Positions 19,446 through 28,507 of a DNA stretch of 64,000 nucleotides are shown here, one piece after another. The notes beneath the pieces are model-generated. The model was not told the DNA's origin and ran no database searches. It saw nothing but the letters and a program-made list of their open reading frames with translations. Made by a program: the position numbers and the translations under genes. The stretch is taken from assembly GCA_040878325.1 (NCBI GenBank), contig JBBDMM010000011.1:1-64000 (forward strand), in the 5' to 3' direction. Positions within the stretch are counted from its first letter, which is position 1; the number at the start of each line of letters is the position of its first letter. The DNA is from Acidimicrobiia bacterium (GTDB lineage Bacteria; Actinomycetota; Acidimicrobiia; Spongiisociales; UBA11373).

Positions 19446-20225
19446 GTGCCGTTGAGATCCGGATGCTTTGCCTGCGAGGTCGTGGTGGAAGGCGACGATG
19501 CGGAGGCGGTTGCCGATCGATTTGTCGAGCACGCCGCCAAGGACCATGACTGGTCCTATCCCGAGCATTCCCTCCGCAACTACGCGATCAACTACGCGGC
19601 GGCCGTCGAGCGGGTCGATGGCCCGACCGAGCGGCTGAGCGAGATCGGTGAGGTCACGGTGCATCCGGCCACCGCCGATCGCATCGACGACTGGCTGCGT
19701 CTCTTCGATCACGAGCGCTTCGCCGGCAACCCGGACTGGGCGTCGTGTTACTGCCGGGAGCCGCACGAGCCCCCGGCTGCCGACGACCCGGAACGCCTGT
19801 GGAGCGACAATCGGGCGGCGATGATCGAGCGGCTGCGCAACGGCAGCACTTTCGGATATCTCGCTTATGTGGATGGCAAGGTGGCCGGCTGGGTGAATGC
19901 CTCCACCCGGGACACCTACGGGAAGCACCACAGGCCCGAGCCCGACGGTCCCGACCCGTCGTCGGTGGTCGGCGTCTCGTGCTTCGTGATTTCGCCGCCC
20001 TACCGGAAGCACGGGGTAGCCGGGGCCCTGCTCGACCGGGTGATCGCCGACACCGGAGCCAGGGGAGGATCCTGGGTCGAGGCGTATCCCCTCCTATCGC
20101 CGGAAGCGGGTGACCCGGGGAGTTTCCGGGGACCGCGCCAGATGTACGACGCCCGGGGGTTCGAGCCGGTCGATTCCCGGGAGACCGAGACGGTGGTGCG
20201 CCGGCCGGCCGATCGACCGGCGTGA
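19446..20225 (+). CDS. GNAT acetyltransferase with N-terminal DUF1059-like domain
   Basis: WASCYC, VSCFVISPPYRKHGVAGALL, VEAYP; N-terminal CFAC...H...H; AGGAGG RBS. Confidence 0.85.
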   Translation: MPLRSGCFACEVVVEGDDAEAVADRFVEHAAKDHDWSYPEHSLRNYAINYAAAVERVDGPTERLSEIGEVTVHPATADRIDDWLRLFDHERFAGNPDWASCYCREPHEPPAADDPERLWSDNRAAMIERLRNGSTFGYLAYVDGKVAGWVNASTRDTYGKHHRPEPDGPDPSSVVGVSCFVISPPYRKHGVAGALLDRVIADTGARGGSWVEAYPLLSPEAGDPGSFRGPRQMYDARGFEPVDSRETETVVRRPADRPA

Positions 20226-20240
20226 CCTAGCGGCGGACCG

Positions 20241-21488
20241 TCACACCAGGAACCAGGCCGCCACGGCCCCGACGGCCGCTGGCAACAGGATGGCGGCAAC
20301 CCGGATGCCCAACGACTTGGAGCCGAGCACCATCGACAGGCCGGCCTTGACGAGGGTGTTGACGGCCACCGCCGCCATCACCGCTTTGGCCCCCGTGTCG
20401 ACCGGCACCGTCCCGCTGCGCACGAAATTGGCGGTCGCCAAGGTGATCGCGTCGACATCGTTGATGCCAGAAACCGCACCGACCGCACTCAGCGATGCCT
20501 GCGACACGTTGTCGATGAGGGCCTTGGCGACGAACACCACGGCGCCATACAGCGCCCCGAACTGAAGGGCGCTGGCGAGCGTCACCGGATTGCGGATCTT
20601 CAGGTCGGAGTCGGCCGTGTCGTGGCGCGTCGATCGGCGCCAGGTGACGGCTGCCGACCCGATGACCGCCACGAACAGGGCGGAGAGGGGGATGACCAGA
20701 CGACGGCCGAGCTGCGGCTCCACCACGAACGCTTCGATCAGCACTCGCGCGTACATCACGCCAGATGCGGCCAGGATCCCGGCGGCGAGAGACCCGGTCA
20801 CTTCGGGCGACCGCCGACTCATCCGGGCGAAGCCGAGAGTCACCGCGGTCGACGACACCAGACCGCCGAGGAGCCCGGTGGGGGCCAGGCCCCGCGGGCC
20901 GAGGGCACGGAGCGCCACATAACCCGCCAGCCCGATGCCGGCGACGAACACGACCATCAACCAGATTTCGAATGGGTTGATCGCCTCGAAAGGCCCGAGG
21001 TTGCGATTCGGCACGAGCGGCAGGATCACGGCAGTGAGGACGCCGAAACGCAGTAGCGCCCGCAGGTCCTCGTCGGTGAATCGGCCAACGACCCCGTGAA
21101 TCCAGACCTTGGACTGGAGGAGGGCGGCGACGCCGACCGCCAGTGCCAGCGCGGGTACTTCGTGTTCGGTCCACACCAGGACGCCGATGACGAAGGCAGC
21201 GAAGGAGGCCGCCTCCGTCGTCGTTCCGGCTGCGCCGCCGCGTGCCATCGAGTAGTACTCCACCACCAGCAGCGCGACGAATCCGGCGGCGGCCACGGCG
21301 AAGGCCGCCCGACCGATCTCTGCGCCCATGAACGCCGCCCCGGCTCCCCACACCGCGTAGAGGGTGAACGTCCGCATCCCGGAGAACGCCATGCTCTCGC
21401 TGCCGCGAGCCACCTGGCGTTCGAGCCCGATCAGCGCACCGAGGGCCGCTGCCAGCAGGAACCGCAGGATGACGGTGGTCTCATCCAC
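20241..21488 (-). CDS. MgtC/SapB family membrane protein with DUF4010
   Basis: LGALIGLERQ, GMRTFTL, GTTTE, GGLVSSTAVT, SGINDVDAITL. Confidence 0.9.
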   Translation of the reverse strand: MDETTVILRFLLAAALGALIGLERQVARGSESMAFSGMRTFTLYAVWGAGAAFMGAEIGRAAFAVAAAGFVALLVVEYYSMARGGAAGTTTEAASFAAFVIGVLVWTEHEVPALALAVGVAALLQSKVWIHGVVGRFTDEDLRALLRFGVLTAVILPLVPNRNLGPFEAINPFEIWLMVVFVAGIGLAGYVALRALGPRGLAPTGLLGGLVSSTAVTLGFARMSRRSPEVTGSLAAGILAASGVMYARVLIEAFVVEPQLGRRLVIPLSALFVAVIGSAAVTWRRSTRHDTADSDLKIRNPVTLASALQFGALYGAVVFVAKALIDNVSQASLSAVGAVSGINDVDAITLATANFVRSGTVPVDTGAKAVMAAVAVNTLVKAGLSMVLGSKSLGIRVAAILLPAAVGAVAAWFLV

Positions 21489-21490
21489 CT

Positions 21491-21814
21491 CTAGGAGAGG
21501 GTCTCGACGGCCGGAGGTGAGAGGTTCCGCCCCATTCCATCTGGATAACACCACGCCCAATCCTCACCAGGTTCGAGCGTCCGTACCACGGGGTGCCCGG
21601 ACGCTTCGACATGCTTGCGAGCGTGCTGGTTCTTCGAAGCCTCGCAGCAGCCGATGGCGCGGCACTCGACGCAGAATCTGAGGTGCACCCACGTGTCGCC
21701 GAGGGCAAGGCACTGCTCACATCCCCCTTCGGGGCGGGGGTCGATGGGCATCGCCAGGAGGTGCTCGCACTTGGGCGGCTTGGAGGGCTTCTCCTTGCGG
21801 CGTCTGATCCTCAT
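21491..21814 (-). CDS. UBP-type zinc finger protein
   Basis: CEH...CEQC...WVHLRFCVEC..IGCC..S.NQHARKH...HPVVRTLEPGEDWAWCY. Confidence 0.92.
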   Translation of the reverse strand: MRIRRRKEKPSKPPKCEHLLAMPIDPRPEGGCEQCLALGDTWVHLRFCVECRAIGCCEASKNQHARKHVEASGHPVVRTLEPGEDWAWCYPDGMGRNLSPPAVETLS

Positions 21815-23205
21815 GCGGGGGGTCCTTCGACGGGGAGTTCCACCCGAAAGGTAGTGCCGTCGGGTCCGGTTTCCTTCACCAGCACGTTGCCGCCGTGACG
21901 CTGGACGACGATGGAGAATGCGATTCCCAGACCCTGCCCGGTCCCTTTGCCGGGCTCCTTGGTCGTGAAGAAGGCGTCGAAAATGCGCGGCTGGACCTCC
22001 GGGGGTATACCCGGCCCGTCGTCGGAGATCTCCACGACCACTTGGTCCTCCTCGCGAAACGCCCGAACCGCGATCTTCGCGCCGCCGTGCTCATGGATCG
22101 CATCCGCCGCGTTGTCGAGAAGGTTGGTCCACACCTGGTTGAGTTCGCTTCCGTAGGCCGGGATCGGGGGAAGATCCTCGAATTCGGTCACGATCTCGAT
22201 GTCCTTTAGCTTCGACCGCAGGATCAAGAGGGTGTCGTTGATACCGGTGGTCACGACGACATCCTGGATGGGTGCCTGGTCGAGATAGGAGTAGTCCTTC
22301 ATCGACTTGACCAGGGTGAACACCCGGGTGGCGCCCTCCTTGGTCACATGGATCAGGTCATGGGCGATTGCCCCGGCGGTAATCAGGCTGACTGCCCGAG
22401 ACAACACTTGCCCTGTGAGCCCCAACGCCTCCAGTGCCTCAGGGTCGACGCCGATCTCGACCAGAGCCGACGCATGCGACCACGCCTCTTCGACGCCTTG
22501 TTCCTCGAGCCACGCCTCCAGCGTCGACTCGACGTCGCTGCGGGCGAGGGGGTCGGTCGGGGTGGGTGCGGGACGGTTCCCGGCAGCCAGGCGCTCGAGG
22601 AGGCCGGTCACGCTGGGCGGTACGCCCTCCGCGCCGAACGCCGACCGTGCCTCCACGTAGCGGTCGACTGCTTCGCCGAGCTCCTCGGCTGCACGCTTCA
22701 CCGCCGAGGCCGGGTTGTTTATCTCGTGGGCCAGGCCGGCGCTGAGAGTGCCCAGTTGAGCCATCTTCTCGCTATGGCGGACCAGGGACTCCGTTTCACG
22801 CCACCGCCGGAGCAGCACGCCGAACATCGCCCTGGCACCCTTGGGACTGGTTTCGAGAACCCGGTCGAGACTGGCCTTCTGGATCTCGAGCAACCGGGAG
22901 TCGGTGCGGGCGCGCACGGTGGCGGATCGCGGCGCCGGGCCGATGATCGCCGCCTCCAGCGGCGCCATTTCCCCGATCACGTCGCCCCGGGTTCGCACTG
23001 CCACGAGCACTTCGCGATTCGCCGATTGCTTGGTGATCTCGAGGGTCCCGTCGATCACCACGTAGGCATCGTCGCCAAAGTCGCCCTCTTGGAACAGCTC
23101 GGTGTCGGCGGCGAGGGCGACCTCCCGCGAGTCCTTGGCGAGCGCCTCGAGGTCGGCATCATCGAGATCGGAGAAGAGCGATACGGCCCGGAGGAGTTCG
23201 AGCAC
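21811..23205 (-). CDS. Cytoplasmic sensor histidine kinase with cyclic-nucleotide-binding domain
   Basis: GDVIGEMA..PRSATVRA (cNMP); LAHEINNP (H box), NLLDNAADA, DDGPG, FFTTK, GTGQGL. Confidence 0.93.
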   Translation of the reverse strand: MLELLRAVSLFSDLDDADLEALAKDSREVALAADTELFQEGDFGDDAYVVIDGTLEITKQSANREVLVAVRTRGDVIGEMAPLEAAIIGPAPRSATVRARTDSRLLEIQKASLDRVLETSPKGARAMFGVLLRRWRETESLVRHSEKMAQLGTLSAGLAHEINNPASAVKRAAEELGEAVDRYVEARSAFGAEGVPPSVTGLLERLAAGNRPAPTPTDPLARSDVESTLEAWLEEQGVEEAWSHASALVEIGVDPEALEALGLTGQVLSRAVSLITAGAIAHDLIHVTKEGATRVFTLVKSMKDYSYLDQAPIQDVVVTTGINDTLLILRSKLKDIEIVTEFEDLPPIPAYGSELNQVWTNLLDNAADAIHEHGGAKIAVRAFREEDQVVVEISDDGPGIPPEVQPRIFDAFFTTKEPGKGTGQGLGIAFSIVVQRHGGNVLVKETGPDGTTFRVELPVEGPPA

Positions 23206-23207
23206 GG

Positions 23208-24839
23208 TCAGACCGTGCCGAGGTACTGATGGACGAAGCTGATACACACCGAACCCTGACCGACCGCCGATGCAACCCGTCGCACCACCCCATGGCGAAC
23301 GTCGCCTGCGGCGAATACACCGGGGATGCTGGTCTCCATCAGGTAGGGATCGCGCTCGAGCGGCCATTTCTTCATGTCGAGGTCGGTACCCGTGAGGATG
23401 AACCCTTGCTCGTTGACTGCTACCAGATCCCTGATGAAGTCGGAGTGGGGTCGGGCGCCGACGAACACGAAGACGGCGGCGCACTCTCGTTCCACCCGGT
23501 CGTTGCCTTCCATCAGGATCACGCCCTCCAGTCGGGTCTGGCCGAGCATCTCGACTATCTGGGTGTCGAGCAGGACCTCGATGTTCTTCGTGGCCCGAAT
23601 TTGATCGACCAGATACTGCGACATCTTCGACTCGATGCTGTTGCCGCGGACCACGATCGTGACGGTGCTCGAGTACCGGCTGAACATCATCGCCGCCTGT
23701 CCCGCCGAGTTCGCCCCGCCGATCACGAACACCGGCCGATCCCGGTAGGTGGACGCCTCAGAAATGGCGGCGCCGTAGAACAGCCCGGCGCCGGTGAACT
23801 TCTCGTACCCGGGCACTTCCAACGTCCGCATGGTCATACCCGTGGCGACCACGATCGCCTTCGACGCGATCTCCGTACCGTCCGAGAGGGTGGTGATCTT
23901 GGTCGCTTCATCGACCCGAACCGATCCGACTTCGCCGGCGGTCACGATCTCGGCTCCGAGCCGCAGCGCCTGCGTGGTGGCCCGTCGGGCAAGATCGGTA
24001 CCGCTGATGCCCTTGGGGAACCCCAGGTAGTTCTCGATACGCGAGCTGGTACCGGCCTGCCCGCCGGTCGAGTCACGCTCGAGGATCGTGACGCTGAGCC
24101 CCTCGGACGCGCCGTAGACGCCGGCAGCCAGTCCGGCGGGGCCGGCCCCGATGACGACCAGGTCGTAGAAGGGCTTCTCGGCTTCGACCCGCATTCCCAC
24201 CTGCGCCGCGAGGGTCCGCCGGTCGGGCTCGACCAGCCTGGTTCCATCGGGCATGAGGACCACCGGGATGTGGTTCTCGGCGGCGGAGGCGATGGCTGCA
24301 GCCTCCTCGTCCCGCTCGACGTCGGCGAAGCGATACGAGATCTGGTTGCGGGCGAGAAAGTCCTTCACTTCATGGGTCAGCGGAGACCAGGTGGTGCCGA
24401 TCACCCGGATACCTTCGTATGGCAGTTCAACAGTCTGGTTCCACTCGTCCAGGAGGTCATCGAGCACCGGATACAGGTGGTCCTCGGGTGGATCCCAGGG
24501 CTTCATCAGATAGTGGTCGAGACCCACCTGGTTGATCGCCTGGATGGCGGCCTCGGTGTCGGCGTAGGCGGTGAGAAGCACGGTGCGCGCCTGTGGGTAG
24601 ATACGGGCTGCCTTCTCGAGGAAATCGGTGCCCGTCATCTGCGGCATGCGCTGGTCGGCCACGATCAGTGCCAGTTGGTCGCCCCGGCCCTTGAGTCCAT
24701 CGATCGCTTCCAGCGCCTGAGCGCCTGAACTGGCGCGGAGGATCCGGTAGTCGGCGGCGTACTTCGTGCGCAGGTCTCGTTCCACCGCCGCCAGCACCTG
24801 GGGGTCGTCGTCGACGGTGACAATGAATGGTTTGGCCAT
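23208..24839 (-). CDS. Receiver domain fused to a glutaredoxin-like and thioredoxin-reductase-like FAD oxidoreductase
   Basis: VDDD, ADQRMP, LLTAY, KPW; GAGPAG, IENYLGFP, GGANSAGQ, GVFAAGDVR. Confidence 0.92.
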   Translation of the reverse strand: MAKPFIVTVDDDPQVLAAVERDLRTKYAADYRILRASSGAQALEAIDGLKGRGDQLALIVADQRMPQMTGTDFLEKAARIYPQARTVLLTAYADTEAAIQAINQVGLDHYLMKPWDPPEDHLYPVLDDLLDEWNQTVELPYEGIRVIGTTWSPLTHEVKDFLARNQISYRFADVERDEEAAAIASAAENHIPVVLMPDGTRLVEPDRRTLAAQVGMRVEAEKPFYDLVVIGAGPAGLAAGVYGASEGLSVTILERDSTGGQAGTSSRIENYLGFPKGISGTDLARRATTQALRLGAEIVTAGEVGSVRVDEATKITTLSDGTEIASKAIVVATGMTMRTLEVPGYEKFTGAGLFYGAAISEASTYRDRPVFVIGGANSAGQAAMMFSRYSSTVTIVVRGNSIESKMSQYLVDQIRATKNIEVLLDTQIVEMLGQTRLEGVILMEGNDRVERECAAVFVFVGARPHSDFIRDLVAVNEQGFILTGTDLDMKKWPLERDPYLMETSIPGVFAAGDVRHGVVRRVASAVGQGSVCISFVHQYLGTV

Positions 24840-24884
24840 GGTTGCCTCAGGTGGTCAGGTTCGATGATCTCACTTCGGACAGCC

Positions 24885-25715
24885 CTAGTCGGGGTCGAGC
24901 GGCAAGTAGCGGTGGGATATGCGCCCCTCTTCCGTGATTTCGATCAGTCGGAAACCCGACGGGTCGCTACCGAGGGGATAGCCGACCGGGCCCGAGGTGA
25001 CCACTTCGAGGTCGCCGTAGCTGGCGATGTTGTTGCGGTGCCAATGCCCGGCGATCGACAGGCGAACCCCGGCGCGGCGCATCTGCTCGACGAGAGGGAT
25101 CCGCCTCTCCGTCGGGAGGTTCCAGTAGTTGTCCTCCTCGTGGAGGCTTTCGAGGAAGAGGGGGTGGTGCCCGACGACGATCGGCGGCTCGCTCGAATCG
25201 AGCGCGTCGGCGATGAACTCCCGCTGCGCAGCCCACTCTGCCGGCGCCGATTCGGGGTGGTCGATGACCACGGTGTTGAGGACGACGAACGACACCGGGC
25301 CGGCCCGAAACGTGTAGTAGTCGTCCCCGTAGACCGCCCGATAGGCGGCGATGCTCGCCGGCGTCGGCACGACCGTATCCGCGGCGATGTCGTGGTTTCC
25401 GGGGGCGAATCGCATCGGGATGTCGGGGTCGAGATGGGTCGAGATTTCTAGGAAGGTGCTCAGCTGATCCTCGCTGTTGGGATCGTCGATCATGTCGCCC
25501 CCGAACAGCACCAGATCGGGCCGTAGATGGTTGGCCGCCCCGACCGCCTTCCGGTACATCGCCGCGTCCCACTCGTGTCCCTGGGTCGGTGGCACCGCCT
25601 CCACGTACATGCCCTGAGCCGCGTATTGGGCCGCCGCTTCTTCGGACAGGCCACTGAACGAGGCGTACAGGCCCAACTGGCTGTCGGCGAGAAACAGCAC
25701 CCGGAACGATTTCAT
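24885..25715 (-). CDS. Calcineurin-like metallophosphoesterase (CPPED1-like)
   Basis: LADSQLG, GGDMID, PGNHD, GHHP, AGHWHRN. Confidence 0.9.
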   Translation of the reverse strand: MKSFRVLFLADSQLGLYASFSGLSEEAAAQYAAQGMYVEAVPPTQGHEWDAAMYRKAVGAANHLRPDLVLFGGDMIDDPNSEDQLSTFLEISTHLDPDIPMRFAPGNHDIAADTVVPTPASIAAYRAVYGDDYYTFRAGPVSFVVLNTVVIDHPESAPAEWAAQREFIADALDSSEPPIVVGHHPLFLESLHEEDNYWNLPTERRIPLVEQMRRAGVRLSIAGHWHRNNIASYGDLEVVTSGPVGYPLGSDPSGFRLIEITEEGRISHRYLPLDPD

Positions 25716-25873
25716 GGCAGTCGCCTCAGGGGGTGCTCGATAGATCGGCGCGTAGTGAACACGGCGGCAGAAGCGTAAAGGATTCGCTGCGTATTCCTGA
25801 TAGGCGAAGGTCTGGCAAACCTAGAGTTGCGCAATCAGGCGATTCGCGTCCGCGAACCGGAGGAACCGAATTC

Positions 25874-25954
25874 ATGGCCATAGGTGACGTAACCATCGCG
25901 CAGGCCGACAGCGACGGCACCACGATTCCGGGCCCGTTCACCGTATCCGGGTGA
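25874..25954 (+). CDS. Putative 26-aa small ORF (MAIGDVTIAQADSDGTTIPGPFTVSG)
   Basis: GGAGG RBS; GTGA overlap with the next gene. Confidence 0.35.
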   Translation: MAIGDVTIAQADSDGTTIPGPFTVSG

Positions 25955-26919
25955 ACCACCCCACCATCTCCGAGGTAACGGCTGCCGCGGCGCGAATCGC
26001 CGGAATCGCCCGGGTAACCCCGCTGGTCGTGTCGCCGTCTCTGTCGAGATTGGGCGGGCCAGTGCGCCTCAAGGCCGAGTGCCTGCAGGAAACCGGGTCC
26101 TTCAAGGTGCGTGGCGCGGCCAACGCCCTGCTGTCTTGGGACCCCGAATCGGTGGCCGCCGGGGTGGTGGCCGTCTCGAGTGGCAACCACGGCCGGGCCG
26201 TGGCCCATGTGGCCCGTCTCCTCGGCTTCCCCGCCACCGTATGCGTCTCGGCGAGGGTCCCGGCGAACAAGGTCGAGGCCATCGAGGGTCTTGGTGCTCG
26301 GGTGGTGGTCGGAGGGCCCGATCAGGACGACGCCGAGGCGGCCGCTCGTCGACTTGTGGCCGACGAGGGCCTCGCGTTCATCCATCCCTTCGACGATCCC
26401 GCCGTCATCGCCGGGCAGGGGACCATCGGCATCGAGATCCTGGATGCATTCCCCGACTGCGAAGCGATCGTGGTGCCCCTGTCGGGTGGGGGCCTGATAT
26501 CCGGGATCGCGGTGGCCGCCAAGGCCATCTCGCCTGGCATCAGTGTGATCGGAGTGAGCCAGGAGCGCGGCCCGGCGATGCATCGAAGCCTCGCCGCCGG
26601 CAGCCTCGTCGGCGTGGTCGAGGAGGACACCCTGGCCGATGCCCTCGCCGGGGGGTTGGGAGAGGAGAACCACCACACGTTCGAGATGTGCCAGGCACTG
26701 GTGCACGACACGGTGCTCGTGTCCGAGTCCGAGATCGCCACCGCGATGAAGTTTCTTCACGACGATCACGGTTGGCGGGTAGAGGGTGGGGGAGCGGTGG
26801 GAGTTGCCGCCGTTCTGGCGGGCAAGGTGGCGACCCCTGGTCCGACAACCGTGGTCGTCAGCGGCGGGAACGTAGGTGACGACGTGTTCAAGCGGGCACT
26901 AGATGCCGCCCGCGGATGA
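25951..26919 (+). CDS. PLP-dependent threonine/serine dehydratase family protein (EutB-like), no regulatory domain
   Basis: KAECLQETGSFKVRGA, SSGNHG, GQGTIG, LSGGGL, SGGN. Confidence 0.9.
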   Translation: MNHPTISEVTAAAARIAGIARVTPLVVSPSLSRLGGPVRLKAECLQETGSFKVRGAANALLSWDPESVAAGVVAVSSGNHGRAVAHVARLLGFPATVCVSARVPANKVEAIEGLGARVVVGGPDQDDAEAAARRLVADEGLAFIHPFDDPAVIAGQGTIGIEILDAFPDCEAIVVPLSGGGLISGIAVAAKAISPGISVIGVSQERGPAMHRSLAAGSLVGVVEEDTLADALAGGLGEENHHTFEMCQALVHDTVLVSESEIATAMKFLHDDHGWRVEGGGAVGVAAVLAGKVATPGPTTVVVSGGNVGDDVFKRALDAARG

Positions 26920-26982
26920 GAGCGCGATGCGCGATGCGGCCCACCAGTGGGCGTACCCTGGGGAGGCGCGCCTTCTTCTGGG

Positions 26983-27031
26983 GGCTGGGGACTGGGGACT
27001 GGAGACTGGAGACTGGAGACTGGAGACTGGA
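26983..27031. repeat. Heptamer tandem array (GACTGGR x7)
   Basis: ggctggg gactggg gactgga x5, ending 4 nt before the ATG. Confidence 0.95.
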
Positions 27032-27035
27032 TCAG

Positions 27036-28490
27036 ATGAATCTCGTAGAACGGCTCGTGGCCGACGGCAAGACCGGCCTCTACATCGGCGGGGAATGGCG
27101 CCAGGGTTCGGCCGGCGGGACGATCGATGTGCGCGATCCTGCCTCGGAGGAGATCGTGGCGTCGGTCGCCTCGGCGAGTCCCGAGGATGCGCTCGCCGCA
27201 GTTGCCGCCGCGCACGACGCCTTTGAAGACTGGGCCGACCGTGCTCCCCGGGACCGGGGTGAAATCCTCCGCAAGGCATTCGAACTCCTCCTCGATCGCG
27301 AGAAGGACTTTGCCGAACTGATCGTCACCGAGAACGGCAAGGCGTTCCCCGATGCGATCGGCGAGGTGCGGTACGGGGCCGAGTTTTTTCGGTGGTTCTC
27401 GGAGGAGGCGGTGCGCAATCGCGGCGAGATGTATCGGGCGCCGGCGGGCGACAAGCGGGTCTTCGTCGTGTACCAGCCGATCGGGGTGTCACTCCTGGTG
27501 ACGCCGTGGAACTTCCCAATGGCAATGGGCACTCGCAAGATCGGACCTGCCCTGGCGGCTGGGTGCCCGGTGGTCCTCAAGCCGGCCTCCGATACACCGC
27601 TCACCGCCCTGGCCCTGGCTGACCTCCTCGAAGAGGCTGGGTGCCCGCCAGGGGTAGTGAACGTGATTCCGTCCTCGTCCTCCTCTGCGGTGGTCAACAC
27701 CGCGATGGCAGACAGCCGGGTGCGCAAGCTGTCGTTCACGGGATCGACCGAGGTGGGAAGAGTGCTGCTGGGGGAGGCAGCGAAGAGGGTGCTCAGCGTG
27801 TCGATGGAGCTCGGGGGGAACGCTCCCTTCCTCGTGCTGGGAGACGCCGACCTCGACGCCGCCGTCATCGGAGCGGTGCAGGCGAAGATGCGCAACGCCG
27901 GTGAAGCATGCACCGCGGCGAATCGGTTTTACGTGCACTCCACGGTGGCGGACGAGTTCGCCTCTCGGCTGTCGGCAGCCATGGAGTCGATGCAGGTTGG
28001 GGGAGGCATGGAGCGGGGTACCGAGGTGGGTCCGCTGATCAATGCCTCGGCTCGCGACAAGGTCGCCGAGTTGGTCGACGAAGCGGCCATGGAGGGCTCG
28101 GTCCTCACGGGGGGAAAGGCGCCCGATCGCAAGGGCTACTTCTACCTGCCCACCGTCATCAAAGATGTTGCCCGCAGTGCGGGCATCCTCGCCACCGAGA
28201 TCTTCGGCCCGGTTGCCCCGATCGTGCGGTTCGACGACATCGACGACGCGGTCGAGCAGGCGAACGGCACCGACCTGGGGCTGATCTCGTACGTCTTCAC
28301 CGGCGACGAAAGGATCGGGCTGTCGATCGCCGAGAGATTGGAAGCAGGGATGGTCGCCCTCAATCGAGGGTTGATCTCTGACCCGGCGACGCCGTTCGGG
28401 GGCGTCAAGGAGTCGGGGCTGGGGCGTGAGGGCTCGCACCACGGGATGCAGGAATTCCTCGAGACGAAATACATCGGCGCCAACTGGTAG
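27036..28490 (+). CDS. gabD: NAD(P)-dependent succinate-semialdehyde dehydrogenase
   Basis: FFRWFSEEA, PWNFPMAMGTRKIGPALAAG, ELGGNAPF, KMRNAGEACTA, GREGS. Confidence 0.85.
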   Translation: MNLVERLVADGKTGLYIGGEWRQGSAGGTIDVRDPASEEIVASVASASPEDALAAVAAAHDAFEDWADRAPRDRGEILRKAFELLLDREKDFAELIVTENGKAFPDAIGEVRYGAEFFRWFSEEAVRNRGEMYRAPAGDKRVFVVYQPIGVSLLVTPWNFPMAMGTRKIGPALAAGCPVVLKPASDTPLTALALADLLEEAGCPPGVVNVIPSSSSSAVVNTAMADSRVRKLSFTGSTEVGRVLLGEAAKRVLSVSMELGGNAPFLVLGDADLDAAVIGAVQAKMRNAGEACTAANRFYVHSTVADEFASRLSAAMESMQVGGGMERGTEVGPLINASARDKVAELVDEAAMEGSVLTGGKAPDRKGYFYLPTVIKDVARSAGILATEIFGPVAPIVRFDDIDDAVEQANGTDLGLISYVFTGDERIGLSIAERLEAGMVALNRGLISDPATPFGGVKESGLGREGSHHGMQEFLETKYIGANW

Positions 28491-28507
28491 CCCCGAGCGC
28501 TGCGCGC

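Noticed and set aside
25805..25860. c-di-GMP-I riboswitch suggested by GGCAAACC
   Set aside because: The following GAAA-loop stem and GCAAAGC element are absent
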